Made by a program: the position numbers and the translations under genes. Of a DNA stretch of 64,000 bases, positions 1 through 9,544 are shown piece by piece. The stretch covers positions 1,120,001-1,184,000 of the forward strand of contig OZ242383.1 in NCBI GenBank assembly GCA_965209155.1. The letters run 5' to 3'. Position 1 is the stretch's first letter; the number at the start of each line of letters is the position of its first letter. The DNA is from a bacterium. Its GTDB lineage: Bacteria; SAR324; NAC60-12. A model generated the notes under the pieces. The model did not search any database and was not told the DNA's origin. It was given only the letters and a program-made list of their open reading frames with translations.

Positions 1-59
1 AACGCAAAGAACCCGCTCACTACCGTCACACGCCGCTTGACTGAAATAAGAAGCTTTCT

Positions 60-632
60 ATGACCTCAATACGAAAACGCATCGAAGAGCTTGTTGAGGT
101 TGTCTCAAATCGTACAGATGAGAAGTCACTTGTCTCTTATAGCGAGACGATTTTGGAATCACTTCGGCAGGCTTGGCAAACTGATAGAAAGCAGTTTACA
201 GAAGACGATGTTAAAACTTTGAAAAAAATCCAGTATCAGCTCTGCACATTAAAAATGTTTCTGCAAGAGCAAGAAGGATTTTCTGATATTGATACTTTAG
301 AGGATGCGGAAGAGGTAATTCCCCGCCTTTATTCCATCTTAAAACATCTTGATGGGTTGGCTGTAGCAGGTCGGGTGCGGAAAGAAATAAGAGAATTGAT
401 CGAGCGCAAGGAAACTATGCCCTCAGAGTCTGAACGGAAAAAAGCTCTTAAACTCTCTATCGCAATCAACCAGCTTAGTCGAAACGCACCTTTGTGTATA
501 AAGTGTGGTAATCCAATGGTTTTGCGTAAAGGAGAAGACACGTATTTTTGGGGATGTTCGATATTTCCACAATGCAGGAAAACTCAGCAATTAATGCAAA
601 GCGAGTTGGATTCATTACCAGATTTGCAATAA
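60..632 (+). CDS. Hypothetical protein with C-terminal topoisomerase-type C4 zinc ribbon
   Basis: C-terminal CIKCGNPMVLRKG..YFWGCSIFPQC matches the zf-C4_Topoisom pattern; helical N-terminus not recognised. Confidence 0.7.
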   Translation: MTSIRKRIEELVEVVSNRTDEKSLVSYSETILESLRQAWQTDRKQFTEDDVKTLKKIQYQLCTLKMFLQEQEGFSDIDTLEDAEEVIPRLYSILKHLDGLAVAGRVRKEIRELIERKETMPSESERKKALKLSIAINQLSRNAPLCIKCGNPMVLRKGEDTYFWGCSIFPQCRKTQQLMQSELDSLPDLQ

Positions 633-651
633 AAACCCAGAGATGGCTTTT

Positions 652-1119
652 TTACTGCCCTAATAAAGGATTCACTCCCCTGACATTAATTCCATGGTCG
701 TAAACTAAATCTCCACCAGTCATACCAGACATGATTAATCCGATCAGTCCTATCAAAACAAGGATCACATAGAAAGTGGAATTTCCTGAATCAGTCTCCT
801 TTAAACGAGTACGCCAGCGCCAGAGTGTCAGGGCAACGAAAAAAATAGTAACCGCAAAACTCCACATTTGATGGATTTCAATGACATCATGTAAATCAGT
901 TGATTCGTAGGGGAAATGAGAGATCACCCCTGTGACACTGGCAATAAGCGCCCCCAGTGTGCCAATCCATAATAAAAGCCAAGACGATTCTTGCAGGTTG
1001 CCATTGGGTTTGAAGCGTGTCACAACACTCAATCCCACACTGATAACAAGCAGGGCAATCGGAAAATGAGCCGTTATGGGGTGCAAATCCTCAATTGTGT
1101 CGCTTAATACTTGTAACAT
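652..1119 (-). CDS. DUF2231-family membrane protein
   Basis: HPITAHFPIALL motif, four hydrophobic segments, C-terminal GGDLVYDHG. Confidence 0.8.
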   Translation of the reverse strand: MLQVLSDTIEDLHPITAHFPIALLVISVGLSVVTRFKPNGNLQESSWLLLWIGTLGALIASVTGVISHFPYESTDLHDVIEIHQMWSFAVTIFFVALTLWRWRTRLKETDSGNSTFYVILVLIGLIGLIMSGMTGGDLVYDHGINVRGVNPLLGQ

Positions 1120-1293
1120 CGATTCCTCCTTTTCTCATAATTTGAGTCAAACATTAACTAAATTATTTCAAAAAGGAGGTAAAAATTCATTTCAATACAG
1201 TTCTTTTTTGTATCAAAATGTATCAATATCGCGTATTGTGATTGCCATAAAGAATATCATCACTATTTTTATCTGAAGGTTGGAATTTTCTAG

Positions 1294-1505
1294 TGGAACT
1301 CGTCCTTCTATGGCATCAAGGGCCAAGGGTGGTTCCTCTCATTCCATTGCTTTACGAAGTACATTAAAATAACTTTCCTTAATGGCGAGTCGCTGCATCC
1401 TGTCCCACCCATCCAATCCAAGCATAAAAATGTGTGCTACTATCACATCCACGAAAATGATCAACTCGACGAAGAGTTATTAACGAGTTGGATTCGGCAA
1501 GCAAC
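1294..1505 (+). pseudogene. 5'-truncated DUF1801 (YdhG-like) gene fragment
   Basis: Manual translation WNSSFYGIKGQGWFLSFHCFTKYIKITFLNGESLHPVPP..SKHKNV..HIHENDQLDEELLTSWIRQA; preceded by an in-frame TAG, no start codon. Confidence 0.7.
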
Positions 1506-1753
1506 AAATGGGGTCTGGCTTGAAATTTTGATATTTCAAGCAAATATTTGACGTTTCAGTACCTCTAATTGATTTTGGAGCCCCTCGGACTCCTTCAATT
1601 GTCGTCTCAACCGATGCTCTGCAAAGCGGATCATCTAATCATCTCGATTGAAAACTTCTCCGACCTCCCGAATCGTTGCGGACTTCCAATCGAAAGCCAA
1701 CAGGCCAATCATCGCGCGGGCTTCACTCAACTTTCGTGACTGCAGAGGAACCG

Positions 1754-1936
1754 TGTCATTCCTGGCTTGACCAGGAATCCAGGGGTAGGCAGCGAGCCAG
1801 GAATCTAGCGCGAGCCCTGGATACCGGATCATCCCAGACTTGATCCGGGACCAGTATGATAATGATGCTGTCATTCCTGGCTTGACCAAGAATCCAGAGG
1901 TAGGCAGCCAGACTGAAATCCGGATTCCGGCATGAC
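1754..1936. repeat. Cluster of REP-like palindromes (GTCATTCCTGGCTTGACCAGGAATCCAG core)
   Basis: Two copies of the core plus CCGGA/GATCC palindromes; related cores at about 9630-9690, 12770-12840, 22377-22405, 25741-25790 and 41463-41540. Confidence 0.8.
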
Positions 1937-1965
1937 CCCCCTGTTCTCTTCCTCGTCTTCGCCCG

Positions 1966-2165
1966 GAATGACATATACGCCAGGATACTCCTATTTTTGA
2001 AGATTTATGTCGAACTCGGGTTAATTCATTCTCCTGTAGTGGATAAACTCGAGCCACTTGATGAATGACATATACGCCAGGATACTCCTATTTTTGAAGA
2101 TTTATGTCGAACTCGGGTTAATTCATTCTCCTGTAGTGGATAAACTCGAGCCACTTGATGAATGA
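1966..2165. repeat. Perfect 97-bp tandem duplication
   Basis: 1966-2062 is identical to 2063-2159, followed by a further GAATGA. Confidence 0.9.
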
Positions 2166-2435
2166 TCCCTCCTGAAAGAGGAGAACAGGAAGGGACATGT
2201 TTGATTGCTCATTAAACAAAAGACATGAATCCGATGATCGAAGCGTTGGGAAGCCTCTGGGAGCAAGTGATAAAATGGTCGATAGTCGGGGGGACTGAAA
2301 AAAATGGATTGCCCCCATTGCCACGAAGCATCACATGGTAAAACGCACCAGGATAGTAATTAACAAGGCTCCAGGAAATTCCGGGGAATCAAGTGATCGG
2401 AGCAATCTCATCACTCCCGCAGCAGGAATCGTCGG

Positions 2436-3854
2436 TCAATCTTGTCTGGTCTTGACCCAGGGCGGGTCACCGTCGTGGTGAAGAGCTTCCTGTACGGATG
2501 GCAGCAGGGTCTGGTATTCTGGCGTGGAAAGCAGTTCGGCCTTCTCTTCCAACCCGATAAGTTCTGGGATGGCCTTTTCATTACCAGCACCACCCATCTC
2601 TTCAATCTTACGAGCGGTGACCAATAAACGTGACTGGAGGGACCGGACGCTCTTGGTTTGCGCGTCAACGGCTTTGTTCAAGGCGACGCTGACGCTGTTC
2701 GCGTGTTCCATATACACGCGCAGCCGGTCGTAGAACTCTCCCGCCTCCTTGACGATGGCCTGGGCGTTCTGCTCCACCTTCGCCTGCTTCCAGCCGACGG
2801 CAATGGTTCTCAAAAGCGCGAGGAGCAGACCCGGTGTGGCGATGAGGACGCGATGGTTGCGCCAGACCTGGTCCCAAATACCACTTTTTGCGCGTTCGGC
2901 GGCATCCAGGATGTTGTCATGTCCGAGGAACATGACGACGAAATCGAAACTCCCTTCCACTCCGTAAGCGTACTCCTTCTTCGCCAACTGACCGGCGTGG
3001 CCGAGCAAGGCATGGACGTGCTGTTCGAATAGTTCCTTTTGCCTGGACGAGTCCTCTGTTTCATAGGCGTCGAGATACGATTCCATAGGCATCTTGGAGT
3101 CGACCACGATTCGCTTGTCTCCAGGGATCCTGACAATCATGTCTGGTCTGAGCGCGCTTTCCTGTCCGGCAATGGTTTCCTGTTCCATGAACTCGACGTG
3201 TTCGAGCATACCTGCCGACTCGACAACGTTTCGCAGCTGTTGTTCTCCCCAATTGCCACGAGCGCGGGCCGATCGCAGGGCTCGATGGAGATTGCCGGTC
3301 TCCGTCCGAAGTTGACTGATCACGTCGCCTGAATTCTTGACGGCCGTCAGCACTGCCGCATAAGCGCCTTCTCGAACCTTTTCGATTTCTTGAACTCGCT
3401 TTTGAAATTCTTTCAAAGAATCGCCAACGGGCTTAACGCTGGCTTCTACCGCTTTCTGGCGCGCTTCCAGGTCGCGGTCGGCACGCTTGCGCAGTTCTTC
3501 GGAAGTCGACTCGACGACCCGGGTAGCGATTCCCTTGAATTGGAGGTCGAGTTGCTGCCGGGCTTTTTCCAGCTCCTGCTGACGTGCCTGGTGATCGGCC
3601 CTCACTCCAGCCAGTTCCACCGTTTTCTTCGCAAGTTCCGCTTCGGCTTGCGTCGCTCGCTGCCCGGCTTTCTCATACTGTTCCGAGATGTTCTTCAGGT
3701 CCTGTTCGAAGCGCGCCTTGTCGATTTCCATTCTCCGAAATTCGTCGTTTCTGGAAATCAATGCCTTGACTTCACGCCGGGAGCGCATCAAAAAGAATAA
3801 GAGCAAGCTGACGACAGCAACTGATGCAATGATGAGTGTGAGTAAAGGTTCCAT
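2436..3854 (-). CDS. rmuC: DNA recombination protein RmuC
   Basis: N-terminal TM, coiled coil, RGNWGEQQL, LRPDMIVRIPG..IVVDSK, DFVVMF motifs. Confidence 0.92.
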   Translation of the reverse strand: MEPLLTLIIASVAVVSLLLFFLMRSRREVKALISRNDEFRRMEIDKARFEQDLKNISEQYEKAGQRATQAEAELAKKTVELAGVRADHQARQQELEKARQQLDLQFKGIATRVVESTSEELRKRADRDLEARQKAVEASVKPVGDSLKEFQKRVQEIEKVREGAYAAVLTAVKNSGDVISQLRTETGNLHRALRSARARGNWGEQQLRNVVESAGMLEHVEFMEQETIAGQESALRPDMIVRIPGDKRIVVDSKMPMESYLDAYETEDSSRQKELFEQHVHALLGHAGQLAKKEYAYGVEGSFDFVVMFLGHDNILDAAERAKSGIWDQVWRNHRVLIATPGLLLALLRTIAVGWKQAKVEQNAQAIVKEAGEFYDRLRVYMEHANSVSVALNKAVDAQTKSVRSLQSRLLVTARKIEEMGGAGNEKAIPELIGLEEKAELLSTPEYQTLLPSVQEALHHDGDPPWVKTRQD

Positions 3855-4008
3855 CCGATTCTGAAATTGGAGTCGTCAACCAGGAATATCAAAAACCACC
3901 CGGACGACAACCCTTGAAAAAGGGGTGCGTCGAGAGACATCCCGCATAACGGTTCGATTGTCGACTGCTGCGACCTGGTCGCTTCCATCCCCTGCCGTTT
4001 CTTGTCTT

Positions 4009-5289
4009 CTAAAAGAAGACAAAGGAGCGGACCACGACGTTCTTCCGGCAGGGGGCGTCTTCAGGAGCAGTCGGGTCGATACAGGCGGAGTGAAATGACC
4101 AACGAGAGACGGAACCGTCGGTGACGGAGTCGTAGCACTTGAGCATCGAGACCTCGGTGGGTTTCTGACGGGGGAACCAGTACCATTCGTGGTCGGGACG
4201 GTAGGTGAAGCGAGTGGTCTCTCCCACACGGTCGTCGTAAATGCGGTAGTTGGTGATGTAAGGCTGGTCCGCGAAAGACGGCCAGGCACAGAGCACGAAA
4301 GGGTTCTGACGCACCGTCTCCATCGGCTTGGCGAGATTGATCGACATGAAGCGCCGTGACATCTTCTCCCTGGCCTGCTCCTCCGTATATTGCTGCTCAC
4401 GCCCGAAGTTTCTCAGGTTTTTCGTAAGCAACTCGTGACAGCGTACGCGACCACTGTTGTCATTCAGGTCGTTGTGTACGAGGTAGGCATAGTTTGCGTT
4501 CACACCCGGGTTTTTGTTGTCCTGGTCCTCCGTGCGGTCACCCTCGTAGTCCTGGTTGAACACATCGTGGTTGTACACGAGCGCATCGGTCGCATCCGGG
4601 AAAAAATCCAAGAGGAGCCTCTCCATTTCCAGGTAGAATACGCGCTCCACTTCCGCCGCGTCATAAAAATTTTCGCACTCGGATTCGCAGTGACCCAAGG
4701 CGAGACCAAGTTTGTCCATACACTCGGGACTGTTGGGCGAGAGACCCGGATAGTACTCCTCCATTCGCCGCGCGTCGCGCAAAACCTGCGGAAAATAGAG
4801 GCATCGCCGACTGATGTCCTGCTCTTCCTTGCGTAACGATTCTGCCTCGGCCTCGCGGGCCGGATCCCGCCAAAGCGCATTGGAGGGGACTATGGTGTAA
4901 GTCGGCTGCTCGTGGACGGTATAGCGCAATGGGAGCGCTACGCCACCTTCAGGGGTCTTGATGTCGTTCGCCCGTATATAGTCCTGACATTCGGAGTGCT
5001 TCCGGAACCCGAGGCCCCACTTCGTCTCGATGGGACCAGGAGGAGCGTTGTCGAGTCTATCGATAATCGTCTGTCCCTCTCCCCCGGCGATCAAGCGGAA
5101 TGCCGCTTCCGTCGCCGCAGCAGTTCCCGCATCCCCGTCCTGCTCGAACGACATGTAGGACAACCCCCCGTTCGCGGCAATGGGAGGTGACTGCCCTTCC
5201 GTCAGTTGGAAAGGTGGTACATAGACCGGTGACGGTGTTGCCGAAACCGGCGAAATCGGGTCCGCAATGTTTCCTTTGAGCCTGTCCAT
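4009..5289 (-). CDS. CmcJ/NvfI (AsaB-like) oxidoreductase with long N-terminal extension
   Basis: VHND, HEWYWFPRQ..EV.MLKCYDS, FHSACIDP..P..APCRKNVVVR; start moved to ATG 5289, which follows AAGGA. Confidence 0.7.
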   Translation of the reverse strand: MDRLKGNIADPISPVSATPSPVYVPPFQLTEGQSPPIAANGGLSYMSFEQDGDAGTAAATEAAFRLIAGGEGQTIIDRLDNAPPGPIETKWGLGFRKHSECQDYIRANDIKTPEGGVALPLRYTVHEQPTYTIVPSNALWRDPAREAEAESLRKEEQDISRRCLYFPQVLRDARRMEEYYPGLSPNSPECMDKLGLALGHCESECENFYDAAEVERVFYLEMERLLLDFFPDATDALVYNHDVFNQDYEGDRTEDQDNKNPGVNANYAYLVHNDLNDNSGRVRCHELLTKNLRNFGREQQYTEEQAREKMSRRFMSINLAKPMETVRQNPFVLCAWPSFADQPYITNYRIYDDRVGETTRFTYRPDHEWYWFPRQKPTEVSMLKCYDSVTDGSVSRWSFHSACIDPTAPEDAPCRKNVVVRSFVFF

Positions 5290-5458
5290 CGTGTATCCTT
5301 CGCTAAATAAGTGTATCTTTCGGTTAAACAAACTTCAATCATTATTACACAAAAGGATTGTAATGCTCAAGCTGTAACATTCCCGATCCCATACTCAATC
5401 ACTCACCGGCGCCATTTTCTTCAACCCCGAGCGAATATTTTTTACAATTTTTATCTGT

Positions 5459-6427
5459 TTAACTTTTGAAAGGATTGATCAGTCGGGCCAGGAGAGCTCG
5501 TTTGCGTTTTCCCATGGCGCCGTAACTGCCCTGCCCTCCCCGCAGTCTGGGATCGAGCAGGTCCCGCATGGCATCGCCGAACATGTTCAGGCTGTAAACG
5601 ACGACCGTCAGGCAAAGCCCCGGCCAGAGCGCCAGCCAGGGCGCCTGTTCCATGTAGTGACGTCCTTCCCGGCTGAGCATTCCTCCCCAACTGGGGATCT
5701 GGGCGGGCAGACCGAATCCGAGGAAGCTCAGTGAAGCCTCACTGATGATCACCCCCCCGATGTTGATGGAAAAGATGATGATGAGGGGCGCCATTATATT
5801 GGGCAGGACGTGGCGGATCAGGATATGGATTGTCGGGGTGCCCACGGCCCTGGCTGCCAGAAAATAGTCATTCTCTTTGACCCCGATCACAGCGCCCCGG
5901 GCTACCCTCGAACTGCCGATACCTCCCGTTATCCCCAAGACCACGATGATCTGTGTCAGACCCTGCCCTGCTATCGACATAATCGTCAACAAGAGGAGCA
6001 GCCCCGGAAAGGCCATCCAGGCATCGACGAATCGCTGGGCAACCAGGTCCACTTTACCCCCGATAAATCCCGAAATGCCGCCGATCAACACGGCGACGAA
6101 CACGTTGAGCGTGGTCGCTGCCAGACCAACCAGCAATGAAATACGAGCCCCGTGGATCAGACGGCTCAGGAAGTCTCTCCCGATGTAGTCGGTTCCCAGA
6201 AGATACCGCTCTGATGAGCCCTGAAGCCTGTCTGCCGGGTGTACTTCAGCATAAGGATAAGGAGCCAGAACATCGGCAAAGATCGCCACCAGGATCATTA
6301 ACAGTACGATCATCCCGCAAATCGTGCCGAGTGGCTTCTCCCGCAACAGTCTGGTGAAGAAAAGCGCCAGCCTGCCACCTCGTTTGAGCTCTATGGTTAG
6401 GAGTCGTGTCTCTTTGGTGTTGCCCAT
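5459..6427 (-). CDS. Peptide/nickel ABC permease, DppC/OppC type (copy 1)
   Basis: LLGTD..GRD.LSRLIHGARISL, RHVLPN, EASLSFLG.G, GDAMRDLLDPR; start at MGNTKE by alignment with copy 2. Confidence 0.9.
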   Translation of the reverse strand: MGNTKETRLLTIELKRGGRLALFFTRLLREKPLGTICGMIVLLMILVAIFADVLAPYPYAEVHPADRLQGSSERYLLGTDYIGRDFLSRLIHGARISLLVGLAATTLNVFVAVLIGGISGFIGGKVDLVAQRFVDAWMAFPGLLLLLTIMSIAGQGLTQIIVVLGITGGIGSSRVARGAVIGVKENDYFLAARAVGTPTIHILIRHVLPNIMAPLIIIFSINIGGVIISEASLSFLGFGLPAQIPSWGGMLSREGRHYMEQAPWLALWPGLCLTVVVYSLNMFGDAMRDLLDPRLRGGQGSYGAMGKRKRALLARLINPFKS

Positions 6428-6446
6428 GATTCCAATTTCTCTACCG

Positions 6447-6516
6447 GCAGGGCCGGGCGACGTCCAAACCTGAAAACGCATCGCTCCCATTGACCGGGAC
6501 GTCACCCGACCCTGCC
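6447..6516. repeat. GTAG-type long hairpin between dppB and dppC
   Basis: GCAGGGCCGGGCGACGTCC...GGACGTCACCCGACCCTGCC; homologues at 38029-38100 and 43914-43985. Confidence 0.75.
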
Positions 6517-7475
6517 TATTCATACCTGAACCTGGGGTCCAAGTATGCATAAACCAGGTCGATTACCAGGTTGATTGCTAAAACCACGATACCGAAAAAA
6601 AGGTTGATTCCCTGGACCACCGGGTAGTCCCGGTTTTGCAGGGCATCCAGCATGAGACGACCGAGTCCCGGCAAATTAAAAAGGTTCTCCATGATCACGG
6701 CGCCGCCCACCAGGATCGGCAACTGCAAGCCGATGAGGGAGATCACCGGGATGAGGGCATTCTTGATGGCGTGTCGGATCACCACGACCCGTTCCGCCAT
6801 TCCCTTGGACCAGGCAGTACGGATATAGTCCTGCCGGAGCACTTCCAACATCATGGTACGCGTCATCCGCATCGTGCTGGCAGACATGGCCGTCCCCAGA
6901 ATCACGGAGGGAATGAGAAACACTCCCAAATTGCCCAGCGGGTCTTCGCTGAAAGGAACCAGTTCCATCGGGGGCGACCAGCCCCACCAGATGGACGGGT
7001 AGAGCATCACCATCACGCCCAGCCAGAAGTTCGGCGTGGCCAAGCCGATGATGGCGAGGGAACGTCCCGCGTAATCGGTAGCGGTGTCCTGGCGAATCGC
7101 CGAGTAGATGCCCACCGGCAGCGCGATCAGGAGCCCGATGACGATGGCCAGCAGACCAAGCTCGAGGGTGACCGGCAATCTTTCTATGATTTGATCCTCA
7201 ACCGGCCACTCGTGCATCAATGATTCGCCCAAGGTGCCCTGCACGAAAATATCTCTTGACCAGCGTCCATACTGAACCCAGACCGGCACGTCCAGTCCCA
7301 GCTTCTTCGCCAGTGCTTCACGGTCCACAACACTGACGTCGAAGTAGCCCAACCTGAGTACCATGGCGTCCATCACATCACCCGGGATGAAGCGCACCGA
7401 GAGAAAGACCAGGATGCTCAAGAGAAACAGGGTGGGGATGAACAGCAATACCCGCCGGATGAGATAGGCTCTCAT
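6516..7475 (-). CDS. Peptide/nickel ABC permease, DppB/OppB type (copy 1)
   Basis: RFIPGD, RLPVTLEL, RTMMLEVLRQDYIRTA.SKG, F.LPGLG, RDYPVVQG, LDPR. Confidence 0.92.
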   Translation of the reverse strand: MRAYLIRRVLLFIPTLFLLSILVFLSVRFIPGDVMDAMVLRLGYFDVSVVDREALAKKLGLDVPVWVQYGRWSRDIFVQGTLGESLMHEWPVEDQIIERLPVTLELGLLAIVIGLLIALPVGIYSAIRQDTATDYAGRSLAIIGLATPNFWLGVMVMLYPSIWWGWSPPMELVPFSEDPLGNLGVFLIPSVILGTAMSASTMRMTRTMMLEVLRQDYIRTAWSKGMAERVVVIRHAIKNALIPVISLIGLQLPILVGGAVIMENLFNLPGLGRLMLDALQNRDYPVVQGINLFFGIVVLAINLVIDLVYAYLDPRFRYE

Positions 7476-7497
7476 GTGATACCTCCTCCCGCATTCA

Positions 7498-7527
7498 GCA
7501 GTTTGGCCACGCCTGTGGCCAAACTGC
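7498..7527. other. Perfect stem-loop between the SBP and permease genes
   Basis: GCAGTTTGGCCAC-GCCT-GTGGCCAAACTGC; position typical of an mRNA-stabilising stem. Confidence 0.6.
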
Positions 7528-7575
7528 GTCTCTGCCTCCCACCAGGGGAGGGATAACCAGGTTCCGGCACAGCTC

Positions 7576-9369
7576 TTAGTGCCCCATTTCTTTTTTCAAC
7601 GCACTATCGATCCAGAGGCGGGCGAAGATGTTCACGGAGCGGTCCTGCCGTGAAAGCTGGCCTTCCCCGTTGTAACCTTTCACCCAGGGCTGGGTCGCGC
7701 TGTAGCTTGGCGCTTTGGGCCCCCAGAGCACCCAGTGTTTCGCCATGATGTACATGTCAGCCTCTTTGGCCAGCTCCTGCTGCTCCTCGACGGTGGTAGC
7801 GGCTGCCACGGCTTCATAGAGGGCGTCATACTCCGCGTCCTGCGGTCCGGGGGGGCTCCAGGAAGCCTGGGAGTAAAACGTCAACAGTGGCACCAGCGGG
7901 GGATAGTCAAAGGCGCCGGCGGTCAGACCAAACAACAAGCCTTCGAAAGTGTGTTCGCGCGCCATGGCAGCGCCGGTCGGCGTGTCCATCGTGGTGATCT
8001 CGGCCTCGATGCCGATGACGGACCAGTAGGCGACCTGCAATTCCGCATAGCCCAGGTCGGCTCGGATTCCGGGAGCGACGAGGTTGAATGGGAGCTTGAA
8101 TCGAACACCGTCCGCGCCGCGCGGGTAACCCGCCTCATCCAGCAATGCCTCCGCAGCTTCCGGGTCATACATATAGGTTCTTCGAACCTCTTCGGGCCAC
8201 TCTTCGAATGGAGTGTTGTAGCCGGGGACACCCGTTCCGATCATCCCTTGAGGTTGCCAGTCGGCATCACCTCCCAAGTAGGTATCGTTGATCGTCTCGA
8301 GGTCCAGGGCCATCTGCATGGCCTGGCGCACCCTGATGTCGTTGGTGGGCGACTCCACGCGCTCGTTGAAGGTGGGATTCAGACGCGCCAGAACATCCCA
8401 ACTGTGCAACACGATTTCGGGGTTGGTCTTGCGCAGGCTCTCTGCGTCGTCAAGAGACCTGATCGAGCCGCCAATAAATCCAAGGTGATCCACCCTGCCG
8501 GAGCGCAGCGCCGCCAGCCACGTTGTCTTTTCTTTGATGATCAGGGCTTTCAACTCGTCGATGTAGGGCAGGCGGTTCTGCGGGTACTTCTCGTCGTTGC
8601 GCCAATAGTCGGGATTCTTCGTATGGGTGAAGGAACTGCCCCCGACGAAGTCCGTCAGCTCATAGGGACCGGTGCCGACCACGTTCTGCCAATCATTGAC
8701 ATCGCCGTGTTGCTCTATCACCTCGGGGGGATTGATGAACGCGCCCCAGTGGTTGAGGACATCACTCAGGAAGGTGATGCTCGGCGCGCTCAGCTTCATC
8801 ACCACCGTCCATTCGTCGGTGGCTGTTACCGACTCAAGGGGTTCCCTGCCGAATTCCTCGAGACTGGTGCTCGCTTCACTGAACTTGCCCAGACCGAAAT
8901 AGCGGTGAAAGTTGTATTCGATGTCCTTGGCGGTGAGTTCGCGACCGTTCATCGGTGACTTATTGTGCCAGTGAACACCCTGGCGGATCTTGAAGACATA
9001 CGTCAGCGGGTCGGGCCGCGACCAACTTTCCGCCAGCAGCCCTGTAAAGGCGAACTCGGGAATGAACAGGGGGTGGAAGTTGAAGACCTCCCGGTCTATG
9101 GCCCAGTTTCCGATGCCGAGCTTCTCGATTACGCCACTGATGAGGTAACCTGCACCCGCCCCGAACCAGGCGTCCGTCCGATTCGGCTCGCCCGAAAAGA
9201 CGTAGGTCAAGCTCCCGCCATACTCCGGCGCAGTCACCATCATTCCGGTGGTGGGGTCTGTGACCATGTGTGAGTCGGCAAAGGTTGAGCCGACCCCGAA
9301 GCCGGCCACCACCAGGATGAAAGCTAACAATAATTGAATCGTTCTTTTTTCTTTTACGAACTTTGTCAT
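7576..9369 (-). CDS. Family-5 ABC substrate-binding protein (SBP1)
   Basis: Signal peptide, PEYGG, LAESW, IRQGVHWH, VGTGPY, NPDYW, LPYID, VRQAMQMA; AAGGAGG RBS. Confidence 0.92.
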   Translation of the reverse strand: MTKFVKEKRTIQLLLAFILVVAGFGVGSTFADSHMVTDPTTGMMVTAPEYGGSLTYVFSGEPNRTDAWFGAGAGYLISGVIEKLGIGNWAIDREVFNFHPLFIPEFAFTGLLAESWSRPDPLTYVFKIRQGVHWHNKSPMNGRELTAKDIEYNFHRYFGLGKFSEASTSLEEFGREPLESVTATDEWTVVMKLSAPSITFLSDVLNHWGAFINPPEVIEQHGDVNDWQNVVGTGPYELTDFVGGSSFTHTKNPDYWRNDEKYPQNRLPYIDELKALIIKEKTTWLAALRSGRVDHLGFIGGSIRSLDDAESLRKTNPEIVLHSWDVLARLNPTFNERVESPTNDIRVRQAMQMALDLETINDTYLGGDADWQPQGMIGTGVPGYNTPFEEWPEEVRRTYMYDPEAAEALLDEAGYPRGADGVRFKLPFNLVAPGIRADLGYAELQVAYWSVIGIEAEITTMDTPTGAAMAREHTFEGLLFGLTAGAFDYPPLVPLLTFYSQASWSPPGPQDAEYDALYEAVAAATTVEEQQELAKEADMYIMAKHWVLWGPKAPSYSATQPWVKGYNGEGQLSRQDRSVNIFARLWIDSALKKEMGH

Positions 9370-9486
9370 AAATCCTCCTTATCGATTTGACAAAAGTGAT
9401 CCCTTGAAACAAGGGCAGTTAAGGACCCATGGAAACCGTTTGAATTTCCGGGCCTTCTTCACCCACCATTGGGCGAACGAAAGTCC

Positions 9487-9515
9487 TCTATACGCCCCCC
9501 TCCCGGAAATGTCAA
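9487..9515 (-). promoter_or_regulatory. Sigma70-like promoter of the SBP1 operon
   Basis: TTGACA-17 bp-TATAGA on the minus strand, followed by three leader hairpins. Confidence 0.6.
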
Positions 9516-9544
9516 GAAATAAATTGCAAAAAAATCAGATATAG

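Larger units (their letters stand above)
1547..2365 (-). pseudogene. Shattered REP-associated tyrosine (RAYT/Y1) transposase
   Basis: N-terminal piece YPGAFYHVMLRGNGG.IFFS..DYR.FY.LL.EASQRFDHRIHVFCLMSN (about 2200-2365, frameshifted) and C-terminal HTH-like piece SRKLSEARAMIGLLA..ATIREVGEVFNRD (about 1550-1740); the middle is replaced by repeats. Confidence 0.7.

Noticed and set aside
1635..2057. 140-aa ORF as an intact gene
   Set aside because: Chimera of repeat sequence and the RAYT C-terminal remnant
7735..8958. 407-aa plus-strand ORF and similar long antisense ORFs (e.g. 48219-49220)
   Set aside because: Shadows of well-supported genes on the opposite strand
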